A DNA stretch of 64,000 nt from Octopus vulgaris (lineage: Eukaryota). This document shows positions 34,888 through 49,140 of the stretch, one piece after another (the first letter of the stretch is position 1; each line of letters starts with the position of its first letter). The translations under genes and the position numbers were made by a program. Location of the stretch: positions 202,926,001 to 202,990,000 of the forward strand of contig OX597814.1 in NCBI GenBank assembly GCA_951406725.2, written 5' to 3'. The notes beneath the pieces were generated by a model. That model was not told the DNA's origin and did not search any database. It saw only the letters and a list, made by a program, of their open reading frames with translations.

Positions 34888-36186
34888 GACTGAACACTTC
34901 AAGGCAGTCTTCTAGCATCCGCAGGCCAATGACTGAAACAAGCAAGATAAAATATATTACAAGTTATCTTCAGGAGAAACTAAAGAAGACATGCTCTGCA
35001 GCAAATAATGGCCTTGTATCATAACAGGAAGAAAATATTGAAGAGGAGAGAATGGATATTTTTGGATCCATTCTTGGCTGTATCACATAACATTTTGAAG
35101 GATATGCTTGCACAATCTAGAAATATGACATTTCTACTAAATAGGGGAAGCGATTTTTTTTTTTCCTTTTATTTTCTTTCTTTTTTTTTAAGGAGAATAA
35201 CCTAAGAGCATCATCTAAATCTCCAGGATGTAATGAGGAAATATCGAAGATGTAATTCATCTAATCAGTTCTTGCTTCAAATGTCGTCAAGCTTATATAT
35301 TTTCATTGAAACATGTTACTTACGAAGGAGGGGAAAATACATGAGGATTCCCAAAGGAAATCATCAAAGACACTTTATGGAATATATAGAACTCCTTCAT
35401 AATATTTTAATAAGAAATATTGCTGCTACATTTTCAATTACAGCTACAATCAAAGCCTGCCTGAAGAGATCTTATGAAGTTCTCGAATATAATACATAAC
35501 AAAAATAGGCAGTGTTGAGAAAGCTGCAGTACATTAATATTCTTTGAAAATCCACAAAGAGGAAAACTGTTATGGGTGTGAACAGTTGCAACAGAACTTG
35601 TGTATATAGATTATGAGCTCAGTTTCATATACATCCACGTGTGTGTGTGTTTAATAAATGTATAACTCAAAGCACTTGCTTTATTTTGTTCATCCAGATT
35701 TCAGATTTTCACAGAATAAATATATTGGATATTAAATGCAATATAGATTCGTAAACTAACAGAAAGCTACTTAGGATAGCAGGAAACTTTGGTACAAACG
35801 TAAGATATAATAATGAAAGCAGAAAAAAGAAACAGCGTTTGAGCGTTTATCTTCCAGTACTTCAGAACGATAAATCGATGTGTTGTAAAGCTGGTACAAA
35901 CTAGAAGACACGGTGAGAGAGAAAGAGAGAGGGAGAGAGAGAGAGCAAGATGAAATGTTAAGTAACACAAACTTTTCATCAGCCATTAGTAGAATTAATG
36001 TAGAAGATGTACATAAGGAAAGAAAATGGAATCTCAGTGACAAGAAGGCTTTGAAAGCAGAAGAATAATTCTGTAATCCATGAACTACCGAGAGCTTTTC
36101 ATTTCAAACTTAGTTGATGTAGATTGTTGGAGGAAATATTTGAATTCAATGAAAAAGTAGCATTATTATTATTATTATTATTATTT

Positions 36187-36770
36187 AAGGTGGTAAGTTG
36201 TCAGAATCATTAACAGGCTGGGCAAAATGCTTAGTGGCATTTCATCCGTCTTTACATTCTGAGTTCAAATTCCACCAAGACCAACTTTACCTCCCAACCT
36301 TTTGTGGGTTGATGAAATAAGTACCAGATACGCACTGGGGTCAGTGTAATTGACTTATCCCCTCCCCCAAAATTCCAGGCCTTGTGCCTATAGTAGAAAG
36401 GATTATTATTATTATTGTTATCATTATTATTACTTAAGGTGATGAGCTGGCAGAATCGTTAGCACCCTGGGTAAAATGCTTTGCAGCTTTTGGTCCATCT
36501 TTACATTCTGAGTTCAAATTCTGCCATGGTCTACTTTGCTTTCATCCTTTCAGGGTCGATATAATAAGTACCTGCTGAAAACTGGGGTTGAATTAATCTA
36601 TTCAATACCTCCTCCAAAATTGCTGGCCTTATACCAAATTATGAAATCATTATTATTTTTATTTTTATTATTCAGTGGCACCTTGGGCAAGTATCTTCAA
36701 CTATAGCCTCAGGTCGACCAAAGCCTTGTGAGTGGATTTGGTAGACGGAAAGTGAAAGAAGCTCGTCGTA

Positions 36771-36821
<51 letters not shown>

Positions 36822-37050
36822 TTGTGTCTGTATTTGCCCCTCCAACATCGCTTGACAACCGATGCTGGTGTGTTTACATCCCCATAACTTAGCGGTTCGG
36901 CAAAAGAGACCGATAGAATAACTACTAGGCTTACAAAGAATAAGTCTTGGGGGTCGATTTGCTCGACTAAAGGCGATGCTCCAGCATGGCTGCAGTCTAA
37001 TGACTGAAACAAGTAAAAGGGTCCCAAATTGCTAGCCTCGTCCCAAAGTT
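36187..37050 (+). mobile_element. Cluster of two family B SINEs and one family C SINE separated by (ATT)n
   Basis: Family motifs as above. Confidence 0.82.
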
Positions 37051-37789
37051 TGAAATCAATATTTCTTCCTGTACTTTATGTTCTGATTTTCAATCCCTTC
37101 AAGGTTAACTCAGCCCTCTGAGATTAATGAAACCACATCAAATACTGAGGTTAATAGCATCAACCACCCAACAACCCTTGAAATTGTTAGCTTTGTTTTT
37201 AACTCAATTGTGTTGTGTTCCTGGTCAGAGATCTCTACCGGATTCCTGGTAAAGTGCTAATGAACAGCACTTGTAGAAAGAGAAGATAAAATGCTAAAAA
37301 TAGACCACCGATCATGTTACAGTTTTGTAGTCAAGTGTAATTATGGCTCGTTGCTAATGGTGTCCCCCATCAAAGCTCTTGTTTCTCTTTTGTAGTTAAT
37401 TGTAAAAAAAGAAAATTGATAAAACATGCATATAATGAACCTAGCACTTTATCTTGTAAACGAGCAAGGCTTTGACTCTTTGCAGTTAAGGAAATTATTG
37501 ATATGTATTCTTCAGACAAAAAGCTTACACTTACTCAGGCAATGTGAGTGATTCAGACAATCAAACTGGTGAAAGTAGTGATTCGAGTGAACAAATATGG
37601 TAGCTGAGAGAAAGGCTTATTATTGTTATTCTCCTCTTTTTTTTTCCTTTGGTGATTTTCTCCATAGTTTTACCTGCAGTCATTACTCTTGAGCTGTGTA
37701 TGCAACTATTTATTTTTTTCACTTAGAATCCCAGGAGGAAGGTAAAATTAGACACAGAGGCCCAGATATGAGAGTGTACAACTAGAAAT

Positions 37790-38205
37790 GATGGTGCGTC
37801 AGGCGAAATGTTTAACATCATTTCTTCTGACTCTACATTCTGAGTTCAAATTCCACTGAGGTCAACTTTGACTTGCATTCTTTTGGGGTCAATAAAATAA
37901 AGTACCTGTCTTGTACTGGGATTGATGGTATTGACTTATCCCTCATTCTCTAAAATTACTAAACTTGTGCCAAAATGTACTGGCCACAAATCAGCAAGCT
38001 GGCTGAAACGTTAGCACGCTGGGCAAAATGCTTAGCGGTATTTCGTCTGTCTTTATGTTCTGAGTTCAAATTCCACCAAGGTTGACTTTGCCTTTCATCC
38101 TTTCGGGGTTGATAAATTAAGTACCAGTTGCATACTGGGGTTGATATAATCAACTGGCCCTGTCCCCAAAAATTTCAGGCCTTGTACCTAGAGTAGAAAA
38201 GAATA
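37790..38205 (+). mobile_element. Family B SINE (~37990-38203) inserted at the tail of an older relative
   Basis: TSD atgtactggccaca on both sides. Confidence 0.82.
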
Positions 38206-39199
38206 TGTACTGGCCACATTGCTTCATAACCATGCAGTTCTTTGGACAAGTGTCTTCTGCTATAGCTCCAAGCTAAAAAAACACCTTGTGTACAGAACTG
38301 GTAAATGGAAACTGTATAGAAGTGTATGTGTGTGTGTGATTTCTATCTACATCTCTGTAAGTCATTGCCTGGACAGAAAACACACACGCATACATATAGG
38401 ATAGGTTGGGGTTTTTTAAAGTTTCCATTTACCAAATCCACTTACAAGGCTTTTGTATGCCTGAGGCTATAATAGAAGACACTTGTGCAAGGTGCCACAC
38501 AGTGGGACTGAACCCAGAACCATGTGGTTGGGATGCTCTGTACTTTCAAAGATCAATGGAATGGAAGATAAAGTCCGTTCCTTGTTAAACATGTGATGGT
38601 TGGGGACATAAAAGGCATTCAACCATGAAATTCTGTTTCAAATAAGCCTCCAGCCAACCATGCCAGTATAAAGGAATCGATGTAAAGATGAACAAATAAT
38701 TCATTTTTTTATTATAATCTTATTTAAAGCACAGAGTTTGGGGTTTTATCCCTCTACATTGCACCCAGGGCAAGTGTCTTGTACTATATCCCTGAGCTAG
38801 CCAAAGCCTTGTGAGAGGATTTAGCAGACGGAAACTAAAAGAAGCTTTTTGTAAATGTACGTATACATGTCTGTTTGTGTACTTGAGTGTTGCAATCATT
38901 TGTAAACAAGCATCACTATACAAGTGATGTTTATTTCCAGTCTTCCATGAAATACCTCTCTGGTCATGGGAAAATATTATCTTGCTTGGAAACAGGAGAG
39001 GGTTTATGACAGGAAGGCCATCCACACATAAGAAAAAATTTTGCTTCAACAAATTTCATTTGGTCCATACAAGCATGGAAAAGTGGATGTTAAGTGTTGG
39101 TGGTGATGATGACAACAGTGATGATGATAGTATCTCTATTTTTCAAATTATTTCTATTGTTCAAGAATATTTTTTATATCTCCTGCATTATTTTTTTTA

Positions 39200-39465
39200 T
39201 CATAATTTAATATTCTGTTGTGCCTGGGGAGAGTCATTTTCTTTTTGTGCCTTATAATGTAACACACTCACTGGTAAAATTTCCACTTTTTCCTTATTTT
39301 TATTTTCTTAAAATTTTCGTTGCATCTTGCAACCTTTTCAATAGTCTTGACTCTCATTATAAGGCACAAAAAGAAAATGACTCTCCCCAGACACAACAGA
39401 ATATGCTTCAACACACGAAATCATATAAAGAATCTTGCAAACCAAATCCAAAAACGAAATATAAT
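39200..39465. mobile_element. Penelope-like fold-back fragment
   Basis: 50-bp inverted repeat 39210-39259 / 39355-39404 (1 mismatch) with a one-sided extension; diverged relative at ~40925-41045. Confidence 0.6.
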
Positions 39466-41419
39466 TTAATATTGTTTTTAAGAATTGAAATCTATATTTT
39501 CTATTTTTTTTTAAATATGCATCAAATATTGCAACATCATCATCATTATCACCATTATCATTTCATGTCCACTTTCCATTGTCTGGCTGGCTTGTGATCA
39601 AATCAGTTAGAAGGCCATGTCTTTCTCTAATGCCTTAGTTTTGGCATGGTTCTTACAGCTGGGCGCCCATACTAAGTCCTGCTATTTTACAGTGTGTTGT
39701 GGATGCATTTGTCATAGCACCGGTCAAGAACACACCTTTTAATAAGCAAGAGTAAAGAGTTTCCCTCACCTGAGAAGGAGAATAGGATAATAGAGAATAT
39801 GTAGAAGAGTGCATGTGTGTGGTGGTGGGGGGGTGATTAATAATGACGTTTTATCTAGTAATTTGAAAAAGGCTGGTGGCTTTATGTAATGTGTCAAGAG
39901 GTTAAACTCTGATGAGAAGAACAGGTTTATTATTGAGGAGAAAATTCATGGCTACCCTGCATTTTACATGGGTGGATAGAGGTGGACAGATTAGTGCCAG
40001 AAAGAGAAACAAGGATGTGCTGACAAGTGATATATTCATTTACATCTCATCATCGTTTGATGTCCACTTCTTTTACTAGCAAGGATTGGACAGTTTGACA
40101 GGAGCTGGCAAGCCAGAGAATTGCATCAGGCTTAATTGTCTGTTTTCGGCATGGCTTCTAGATGCCCTTCCTAAAGCCAACCACTTCACAGAGTGTACCG
40201 GGTGCTTTTTACATGGCACCAACACCAAATTTGAAACTATGATTAAACTTTGAAGAATAATTTCTTGAAAGTCTTCATGTGTCATAAGTCAATTCTGTTG
40301 ACAATACTTCATTATAGAAAGAAATCTCATAACTGCAGCTTCTCTAAGCATACTCACATAACACAAGTGACAGAGGTGTGGAAGAACTGAAATTTAAAGA
40401 TGTCCAGGTTTCTATGCAAGAATTGTGAGTGAAATTGCTTTTCACTCGAAAGAATAATTTAATTGTATAAATGGCAAATTAAAGATTACTGCAAGGAATT
40501 GCCTGCTACTAAATACAACAGCAATATTTCAAGAATTTTGATGGCTTGTAGTTATAAGAAACCACAGAAATTTCTGATAATAACAATATTTCTTCCACAT
40601 TTACTGAAACATAACAAGTTAAAGACTGTATTCAGACTTCATTTTGTTCTATGTACTTACTGATTGTGGTAAATAGAAGTAAATTTAAAAGAAGAATTTA
40701 TTCTGACAGCTGACATAATGGCTGTTTTTATTGATAGTTAGCAAAGCAATAAAAATATCAGGAATACATTTTAAATATTATCCACCAGTTTGACACAAGA
40801 TGTTTATACATATCTCTTAAATTATGTCAAGCTTTGGTATTTGTTAAATATTACAGAGAAATGAAGACATTGTTTCAGAATGCTGAGAAATATTACAGTG
40901 GGGTTAATTTTTAAATTTCCATTCATTGTTGTATTTGGTTTGCAAGATTCTTGAAAAGAACTTATGTGCAGAACAGATTTTGTTATATCTTTGGAGCATC
41001 ATTATGTCAATAAACACACACACAGACATGGTTCTATTTCACATTACTATTTGTCAATTTGTGAACTATTTAACCTATTAACTAACTGATTGTTTAATTA
41101 ACTGTTTGATTAATCAATCATTTTGTTATGTTTGGCAAAGATTTTTCATCACCATTTGTAACTTCATCAACGACATGCTCTCTCTGCTCTGTCAATAACA
41201 GATCTGTTTGCCTGTCTCTTAGGTTTTAGGTTCTGTATTTAATTTCTTTTGTATCATTTTCAATTCATTTTTCAAGGGTGTTCATGGGGGGCATAGAGAG
41301 CAATGAGAATCCAAACAATAACTTATTTATTCGTTTTTAATATGTTCTGGCAGGTTCAAATATGAAAAATCTGATTGCTGTTGTTTTTAGTCATCAGAGA
41401 ACACATTTTCTGTTTAGAC

Positions 41420-41645
41420 CAGTGATTCTCAACAAGGATCCGCATGATCCTTAAAGGTCCACGTAAGATTTAGTTATTAAAATTTATGTGGTTATACTTC
41501 TACAATACAAAAAATATTTCAACATTTTTTCATACAGTTCCTTCTAATATCTAATTATAAAATAGAATGGGATTTTTCCAAGCATCAAATAGCAGTGGAT
41601 GTCCAGCAGAATAATATAGGAATGAAAGAGATCTGTAAGCAAGAA
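41420..41645. mobile_element. hAT-like MITE fragment
   Basis: Begins CAGTGATTCTCAAC; body matches the other two copies. Confidence 0.65.
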
Positions 41646-41698
41646 ACCGCAATCCTATGACTGTGAGTCCGCTGCCCTAACCACATATTATTATTATC

Positions 41699-41739
<41 letters not shown>

Positions 41740-41740
<1 letters not shown>

Positions 41741-42092
41741 GTGGGGAATATAATTCCAAAACTTACAGGGAAAAATTCAATTTAACAATTTTAATTCAAA
41801 TTTCACAATATATAATATATGTATATAATTTAGAGAAAAAACACTATAAAACAATTCAATATGTACTCAATACATGAAGTGTCATTGTTGACAATATATA
41901 CCCACCAGTACACTTGAAATAGAATCTAAAAAATGTGTATAGTCTTTTTACTACTTTTTACTATTTATTGTACTTTATTGATTCTTAAAATAAGGTGGTT
42001 TTTTTATAGTATATGTTTTCTATATGGTGTGAATAACATCCTACTTTATTGAATTGTTTAATAGTAGTTTTTCTCTAAATTATATATATATA
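41740..42092 (-). mobile_element. Penelope-like fragment with inverted arms, between (AAT)n and (TA)n
   Basis: tatataatttagagaaaaa.cactat.aaacaattcaata (~41822-41861) is inverted at ~42047-42088; end related to 8334-8375. Confidence 0.55.
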
Positions 42093-42093
42093 T

Positions 42094-42248
42094 ATCATCA
42101 TCATCATTTAACGTCCGCTTTCCATGCTAGCATGGGTTGGACGGTTCAACTGGGGTCTGGGGAGCCCGAAGGCTGCACCAGGCCAGTCAGATCTGGCAGT
42201 GTTTCTACAGCTGGATGCCCTTCCTAACGCCAACCACTCCGAGAGTGT
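42094..42248 (-). mobile_element. Young truncated family D copy inside (TA)n
   Basis: Near-identical to the 3' block of 4575-5123. Confidence 0.88.
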
Positions 42249-42591
42249 ATATATATATATATATATGGGTCGAGTGGCTTACCACTCCCTGAACATCTCA
42301 TGAGGTTGGTGATTTTGTGTGGACATTTGAGTTATATTTTTTAGATCCTATTTCTAGCAACTGCACATGCTATTTTGCACTATCGGGTGGCTTTTAGGCT
42401 AGTTCCTGTGGAGGACTCTTCATTGGGCCTTGAGCTCAACAATGACACTTCATGTATTGAGTACATATTAAATTTTATTAAACTTGACCAATGTGATATG
42501 TCAACTTGGAACTTATTGCAAAGCTTCATGATAAACAACCTTTTTTTGTCTTCCCATTCAGGGGTCAGTAAAATTTTTTCTTCTGTCTAAC

Positions 42592-42800
42592 CTCTTTCTC
42601 TCTCTCTCTCTCTCTCTGTTGATTGTTTTCAACCACCACCATCACCAGTACCACCACCATCGCCACCACAACTGCCATACACACACCATCAACACCTTTG
42701 ATTTCACCACCTTCCTCTCCACCTCCATCACCAGTCTTTCACATCACTTACTATCACCATCATCACCGTCGCCACCACCTCTATCACAACTACAGCTCAT
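42592..42800. repeat. (CT)n followed by a degenerate (CAC/CAT)n tract
   Basis: Directly visible; source of the His/Thr/Pro-rich ORFs. Confidence 0.85.
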
Positions 42801-45614
42801 ACTATTACTTTCACCCCATTACAGTCTATGACTGCCCTTATTATCTCTATGCCAACTATTAGTAGAAGTGTCATTGAATAGTGAGAGAGGGGATCAAAGT
42901 GTGACACACTGACACACAGAAATTCGTTTTGGCATTTATTGTTATAGATATATACACAATGGGTTTCTTTTAGTCTCCATCTACGAAATCCACTCAAAAG
43001 GCTTTGGTTAGCCTGAAGCTATAGTAGGAGACACTTGCCTAAGGTAACACTCAGTGGGACTGAACCCTGAACCATGTGGTTGAGAAGCAAGCTTCTTAAC
43101 AGAGTTGCTTTGACTATCTTGTAATATCAAATAAACCCACCAAAAAGATAAGCAATGATGATGATGATGGTGACGACAATGATGTCAACAATGAAATTTT
43201 GATTCTTTCAACCTTAAACTCATTCTCATTTCAAATAGCTCAATGAGCATTACAGCAGTGGTTTTCTATAGCGATGTTGATCATCATCATCATCGTTATC
43301 CTCATCGCCATCACAGTCACTGTTCACAGAAATGAAAATGTGAAATGGTTTCTCCATGCTTGCCTGAATTAAGAGTTACGTTCAATATGTAAATATTCTT
43401 GAACTGAATTTTCAGTAATAAAAGCCTTCTATAAAATCCACAATTGAATTGACTATCAACTGTATGTCATTTGAAAAGCATTCAACTGTCTCAGGGAAGT
43501 CTAAAGAAGTATCAGGAATTTTCTGTAGCTGTTCAAAACGGAATAAAATCAGTAGTTATTCCATATTATACAGAAATATCTTTCTTCTATTGGCTTTGCT
43601 GTCATGTTATCAGTAACATTTTTCAAACTGCTGTATTGATTTTTCAAGTTTCTTTCAATGAAACGATTCCAAGAGCACACACAAAGATTATAAGGAATAT
43701 TAATAATAATTTTGTATATTCAAGATGGTTTTTAACCTATTCATGCCAGTAAGTGGGAATGTATTCTCTCTGTTTTCAATTGAAACACAAGACATCGATG
43801 ATTTCATTTGTGAAGGTTTTATCTTCATAAAGTGAATATCTACCGAAATTTATAATGGCATTATATTAAAAGATAATGATGCATTAGTTGCACAATTAGA
43901 AACACTATTTCCTGATTTCTAAATCTTTAAAACTTTCTACATAACAGAATATTCTTTGAACGTAATCTCTTGTGTTTTAACTATCAAAAATCATTATTCA
44001 TTTATTCCCATTAGTATTTAGAACAATCCTGTCTTGCAGACAATTCACAAAGTACTTACGTTATGCAAAAGTCCATATCTATTTACTCAGATGTGTAAAT
44101 TTAATTGAAAATACATTGATTAGAATTTCATTTGAAAGAAAAGAGCCATCATTTGTTCATCCCTTCTGTATACATTAGAATAACTGCCATCAAAATCCAT
44201 TTACATTAACGGTGATTGTTTGACTTGTGCTCTAAAACTAATTTCATTTTATTTCATTCTTCATTCTATTAGCAAGAGTGGTCTGATGGTGAGATTGATC
44301 TTCGTGGATATGATTTGATAAAAACATTGAATTTAAAAGTAGCAGCTTTCAGTTTGAAACACTCATCCCAACCTAGACTAAATCCTGCAGGAAATTAGTG
44401 ATTTGTTTTGTTTTTTAATTTAATCTGATAAATAATATTTAAATCCTGAAGCCTGCTCTCTTTTGTGCCAGTTACAACATATTTTTATGTATGTAAAGAA
44501 GAAGAAAAATGAACACTAATTTAATTAATTTTCCTTTATAAAGACTAGAATAAGAAGTACTTAAATTTTACAAAATTTTAGTCTAATTATCAGATAAAAA
44601 AAAAATAAAAGCAAAAGATTCAAATCCTCAAAGTAAGATTATAATACCATACTAGTTTGTTAGTGTTATTTTCTTTGTGAGAAGTAGTTTATGATCATTG
44701 ATTAGAAGGATATGTTAACGACCAAACTGAGTTTATACTAAAGAAATGCTAACATGTATGAGACAGATCTAGTTTCAGCATTGATAATATAAAGTACCAA
44801 TCAAAGACTGCTGAGGTCAACTTTGCTTTTCATTGTTTCAGGGTCAATAAAATAAGTACCAGTTGATTACTGGCATCAATGTAATCAACTAGCCCCCTCC
44901 CTCAAAATTTCAAGCCTTGTGCCTTTAGTAAGAAGGTTTATTATTATTATTATTATTATTATCATAGGGAAGATTGCCCCACTGACCTCCTTTAACCAGG
45001 AGGGGAAGGCAATTTTCATTTGTCTGGTGGCTGTAGCGAAAAACGTGGTATGATGGACCCTTTCCTCTTTGGCCAAGGCCTCATCAACTTTTTCAAGTTC
45101 CACTTGAAAAAGGAAGGTGAGAATAGAGAGGGAAATGTTGTCTTGTAGCTAATTTGTTGAAAGGTGGGTGACTGTCAGAAGAAATGCATAACATTAACAT
45201 AGTTCTCAGGCAGATTCAGCCTCACACAGAATATGGCAAGACAGGCCCCTTTGAATTACAGCTACAGTTTGTTTTGGCTAGCTGAGTGGACTGGAGCAAG
45301 ATAAAGCTTCAAGTGGTTGGAAGAAAACGTAAAAGGGTCCTATATAGGGGCAGGAAAATCTTTTTAGTCGTTAGGGTTACTGTGGGTGTTAATCTAGTCC
45401 TAACAGCGACATTTGTGGGTCTTACAGATCTGGACACCAAGCCTCCAGATAAACACCAATGTGTAGGTTGTTGTTATCAAACTGAGCGTGAGTCGAGGGC
45501 AAATACACAATGGAAGAGCAATTATTTCTTCTTAGCTTTCACTGCTTATACTAAACACATGATATTTTTGTCTTACAATATGGAACATTTCCTTTACTTT
45601 CACTCTTTTTAACA

Positions 45615-45940
45615 AATGGCACTCTGTCGGGTGCAATAACAAGGTTCTTGTTTATCTGATCAACAGAACAGTCTACTTGTAAAATTAATACGCAAGTGGC
45701 TGAGTACTTCACAGACATGCATACCATAAGGTAGTTCTCAGGGTGATTCAACCTCACACAGAATGTGATAAGGCTGGCCTCTTTGAATTACAGCTACAAC
45801 TCATCTTTGCAAGCTGAGTACACTGCAGCAAGGTGAAGTACAGTATCTTGCTCAAGAACACAGTGCACTGCAGGGAATCGTACTCATGACTTTACGATCG
45901 TGGCCTGAATAACCCAAACCAGTGAGCCATGCACCTCCAC
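45615..45940 (-). mobile_element. tRNA-derived CORE-type SINE (family E), diverged
   Basis: Minus-strand head gtggaggtgcatggctcactgg, B-box-like GAGTACGATTCC and CORE-like TGTTCTTGAGCAAGATACT; partial relative at ~45180-45300. Confidence 0.75.
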
Positions 45941-46429
45941 TCTCTTAACCGTAGAGAAAAGGAATGAAGCAATAGAGACAGAGAAAGGAAAGCCTCAGTC
46001 ATTTAAAATGACAATTAGACTTGAAATGCAGTCGATCTTTTCTCGCTTCTTTACTTTTAACAATGAAGAAGAGGGAAAGTCTTTCAGGTGTTTACGTTTT
46101 TATTCTGGGTGTTCTAGAATGATCGAGTGTTAGTTCTCTCTTCTTTCCCACACCCCTCGGTACATATTCACCGTCATTCATAGTTCTTCATGGCTTTTAG
46201 TTGGGGGCAAAGACCTTTTTTTTTTCAGGCACGTTTAACGTTTCCTTTACAAACTACAAACAAGCACCCCTTCCCTTCCTTTCTTTTTTCATACAAAAAT
46301 TAATGTAAAATTCGAATGGGGTGTACTGTGAAAAGAGCCCAGAAAAATGGGTAATACCCCCTACAAAATTGGTGGGGGAGAAAAGTTGCCAACAGGTGAA
46401 TACATGAAATTCAACTCAATACTTTTAAG

Positions 46430-47490
46430 AGTGTCTTCTACTATAGCCTCAGGCCAACCAAAGCCTCATGAGTGAATCTGGTAGACAGAAGCTGAAAGAA
46501 ACTCGTCATATATATATATATATATTTATGTGTGTGTGCTTGTGTCTGTGTTTGTCCCCCCACCACCATCAATTGACAACTGATGTTGGTGTGTTTGTGT
46601 CCTCGTAGATTAGCTGTTCAGTGGAAGAGACTGAGAGAATAAGCACCAGTCTTACAGGGAATAAGTCCAGAGGTCGATTTCTTTGACTAAAGGGCAATAC
46701 TCCAGCATGGCCACCATCAAATGACTGAAACAAGTAAAATAAGGAAACAATACCAGAAGAACGTTCTGTACCACTAAACCAAGAAGGTTCTTTGAATATG
46801 TACGATATAATTTAAGGCTAAATAGTAATTCTGTTTACATTTGCATAACTGAGATATTTTGGTTGGATTATATAGTTATTGGTTTTACACTTCTTTCTAT
46901 ATTCTGTAACTGTCACAATATACAAACATTTCTCATGGCACCAGCACACAATTTACAGATGCTTACATTTTTTATGTCTTCCATGAATTTTTCACGGTCC
47001 AGCTAGTTATTATTAATATTATTATTATTATTAAGGCGGCGAACTGGGAGAATCGTTAGAATGTTGGACGAAATCCTTAGTGGTATTTCACTCATTGCTA
47101 CATTCTGAGTTCAAATTCCACCAAGGTCAACTTTGCCTTTCATCCTTTTGGGGGTCAATAAATTGAGTACCAGTTGCATGCTGTGGTCAGTGTTATCAAC
47201 TTTGTTCTCCCCAAAAATTTCAGGCCTTGTGCCTTTAGTAGAAAGGATCATCATCATCATCACCATCAACATTATTATCATCATCATCATTATTATTATT
47301 GTAAGCTGACGGAACCATTGTATCAGACAAAATGCTCAGAAACATTTCTTTCTGTTCTTTATATTCTGAACTCAAATCCTGCCCACAGTAGTTTTTGCCT
47401 TTAATCCTTTCAGAATCAATAAAATAAACCCCAGTCAAGTACTGGAGTCGATGTACTTATCTAACTCCTCCCCCTAAAATAGCTGGTCTA
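46430..47490 (+). mobile_element. Family C SINE (46430-46745) and two family B SINEs (~47033-47245, ~47300-47490)
   Basis: Family motifs as above. Confidence 0.78.
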
Positions 47491-48311
47491 CATGTGTACC
47501 CTTAGCATAATCCACAGGCAGATCTAGCATAATGATAGTATTAATTATTGGGTTGGGCCACCCAACATGCTTCTTTACAGTTTCCATCCACAGCTATGGG
47601 TTGACTTGGTGCAATAGAAAATGATATTTGCTCAAAGTACCATGCAGTGGGATTGAACTGAGGACCTTATGGTTACAAAGTTAACTTTTAAACCATTCAT
47701 CCATACTACACTAATTATAAAAATTTATACAAGTAAGCATTTAATTCTTTTCACCGTAGGCCATTTGTTTAAAGTTTCTAACTTGCGTTGTACTTCAACA
47801 AAGTCCTCACTATACTAAACTTCTTGAATGACTGACATAGACACATGTCATAGCTTCTGTCTCTCTCTTTCTCTCTCTTGCTTTCTTTCTTTTTTACTCT
47901 CTATCTCTCTCTCACTCTCTCTAAATTGCTATATCTGCACTAAATTTCCCTCAGCAGTGTCAATCCTAGCACTGAATCTTTATAAATAGCATGAAGTGCT
48001 GCTTCTAAACTAAAACTTTGGTTGCACCCAAGGGAAGATTTGTCTCTCGTCTACTTAATATCACAGAAAACCAAAGCTAGCTAAGCATCATTCCAGTGAG
48101 TTCTTGACTTGAAAACTGGATTAACTTAAATGGTTGTGTCATAGTAATAATGACAGATGAGACTATTTAGGAATCAAAGAACCTGGAATACATTCCTTCA
48201 TGTCATACATTCTTAAGGGTCAATCAAAGAGATTGAAATAACACAGTATTGATTATTGTTTCCTTATTTAAGACACCAGGGTTTTTTTTTTTTTAAGTTT
48301 ATTGGCTGGAG

Positions 48312-49121
48312 CAATGGTTCTAAACCAGGGTTAAAATTTATGAGTAATAAATAAATTATACTTTTACAATACACCAAATTTTTTAGCAGCTTTTTTTTTA
48401 ATACAATTCCTAATTATATTAAAGGTGGTGAGCTAGCAGAAACGTTAGCACACTGGGCGAAATGCTTAGCGGTATTTCGTCTGCCGCTACATTCTGAGTT
48501 CAAATTCCACCAAGGTTGACTTTGCCTTTCATCCTTTCGGGGTCAATTAAGTAAGTACCAGTTACGAACTGGAGTCGATGTAATCAACTTAATCCGTTTG
48601 TCCTTGTTTGTCCTCTCTGTGTTTAGCCCCTTGTGGGTAGTAAAGAAATAGGTATTTCGTCTGTCACTACATTCTGAGTTCAAATTCCGCCGAGGTTGAC
48701 TTTGCCTTTCATCCTTTCGGGGTCGATAAAATTAAGTACCAGTTACGCACTGGGGTCAATGTAATTGACTTAATCCGTTTGTGTCCTTGTTTGTCCTCTC
48801 TGTGTTTAGCCCCTTGTCAGTAGTAAAGAAATAGGTATTTCATCTGCCTTTACATTCTGAGTTCAAATTCCGACTTTGCCTTTCATCCTTTTGGGGTCAA
48901 TAAATTAAGTACCAGTTACATACTGGGATTGATCTAATCAACTAGCCCCCACCTCACCCCAAAATTTCAGGCTTTGTGCCTAGAGTAGAAAAGAATTCTT
49001 AATAATATTTAATCATAAAAATATAACAGGATTTTTAAAACATCAAATGGCTATGAGAGTCTACCGAAGTAAAATAGGAACCAAAAGGAGGCCAGAGGTA
49101 AAAAATGGTTGAGAACCTTTG
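48312..49121. mobile_element. hAT-superfamily MITE with perfect 8-bp TSD, carrying a SINE trimer
   Basis: TSD ggctggag at 48304-48311 and 49122-49129; ends CAATGGTTCT / AGAACCTTTG. Confidence 0.85.
48421..48997 (+). mobile_element. SINE tandem trimer: head + two A-type bodies + one B-type body
   Basis: Junction AAAGAAATAG-GTATTTC at ~48645 and ~48828; the last unit has the B tail. Confidence 0.9.
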
Positions 49122-49140
49122 GGCTGGAGTAAATATAATT

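Noticed and set aside
37253-37276. AAAGTGCT miRNA-seed-like small hairpin
   Set aside because: Only a 7-bp stem, far too short for a pre-miRNA.
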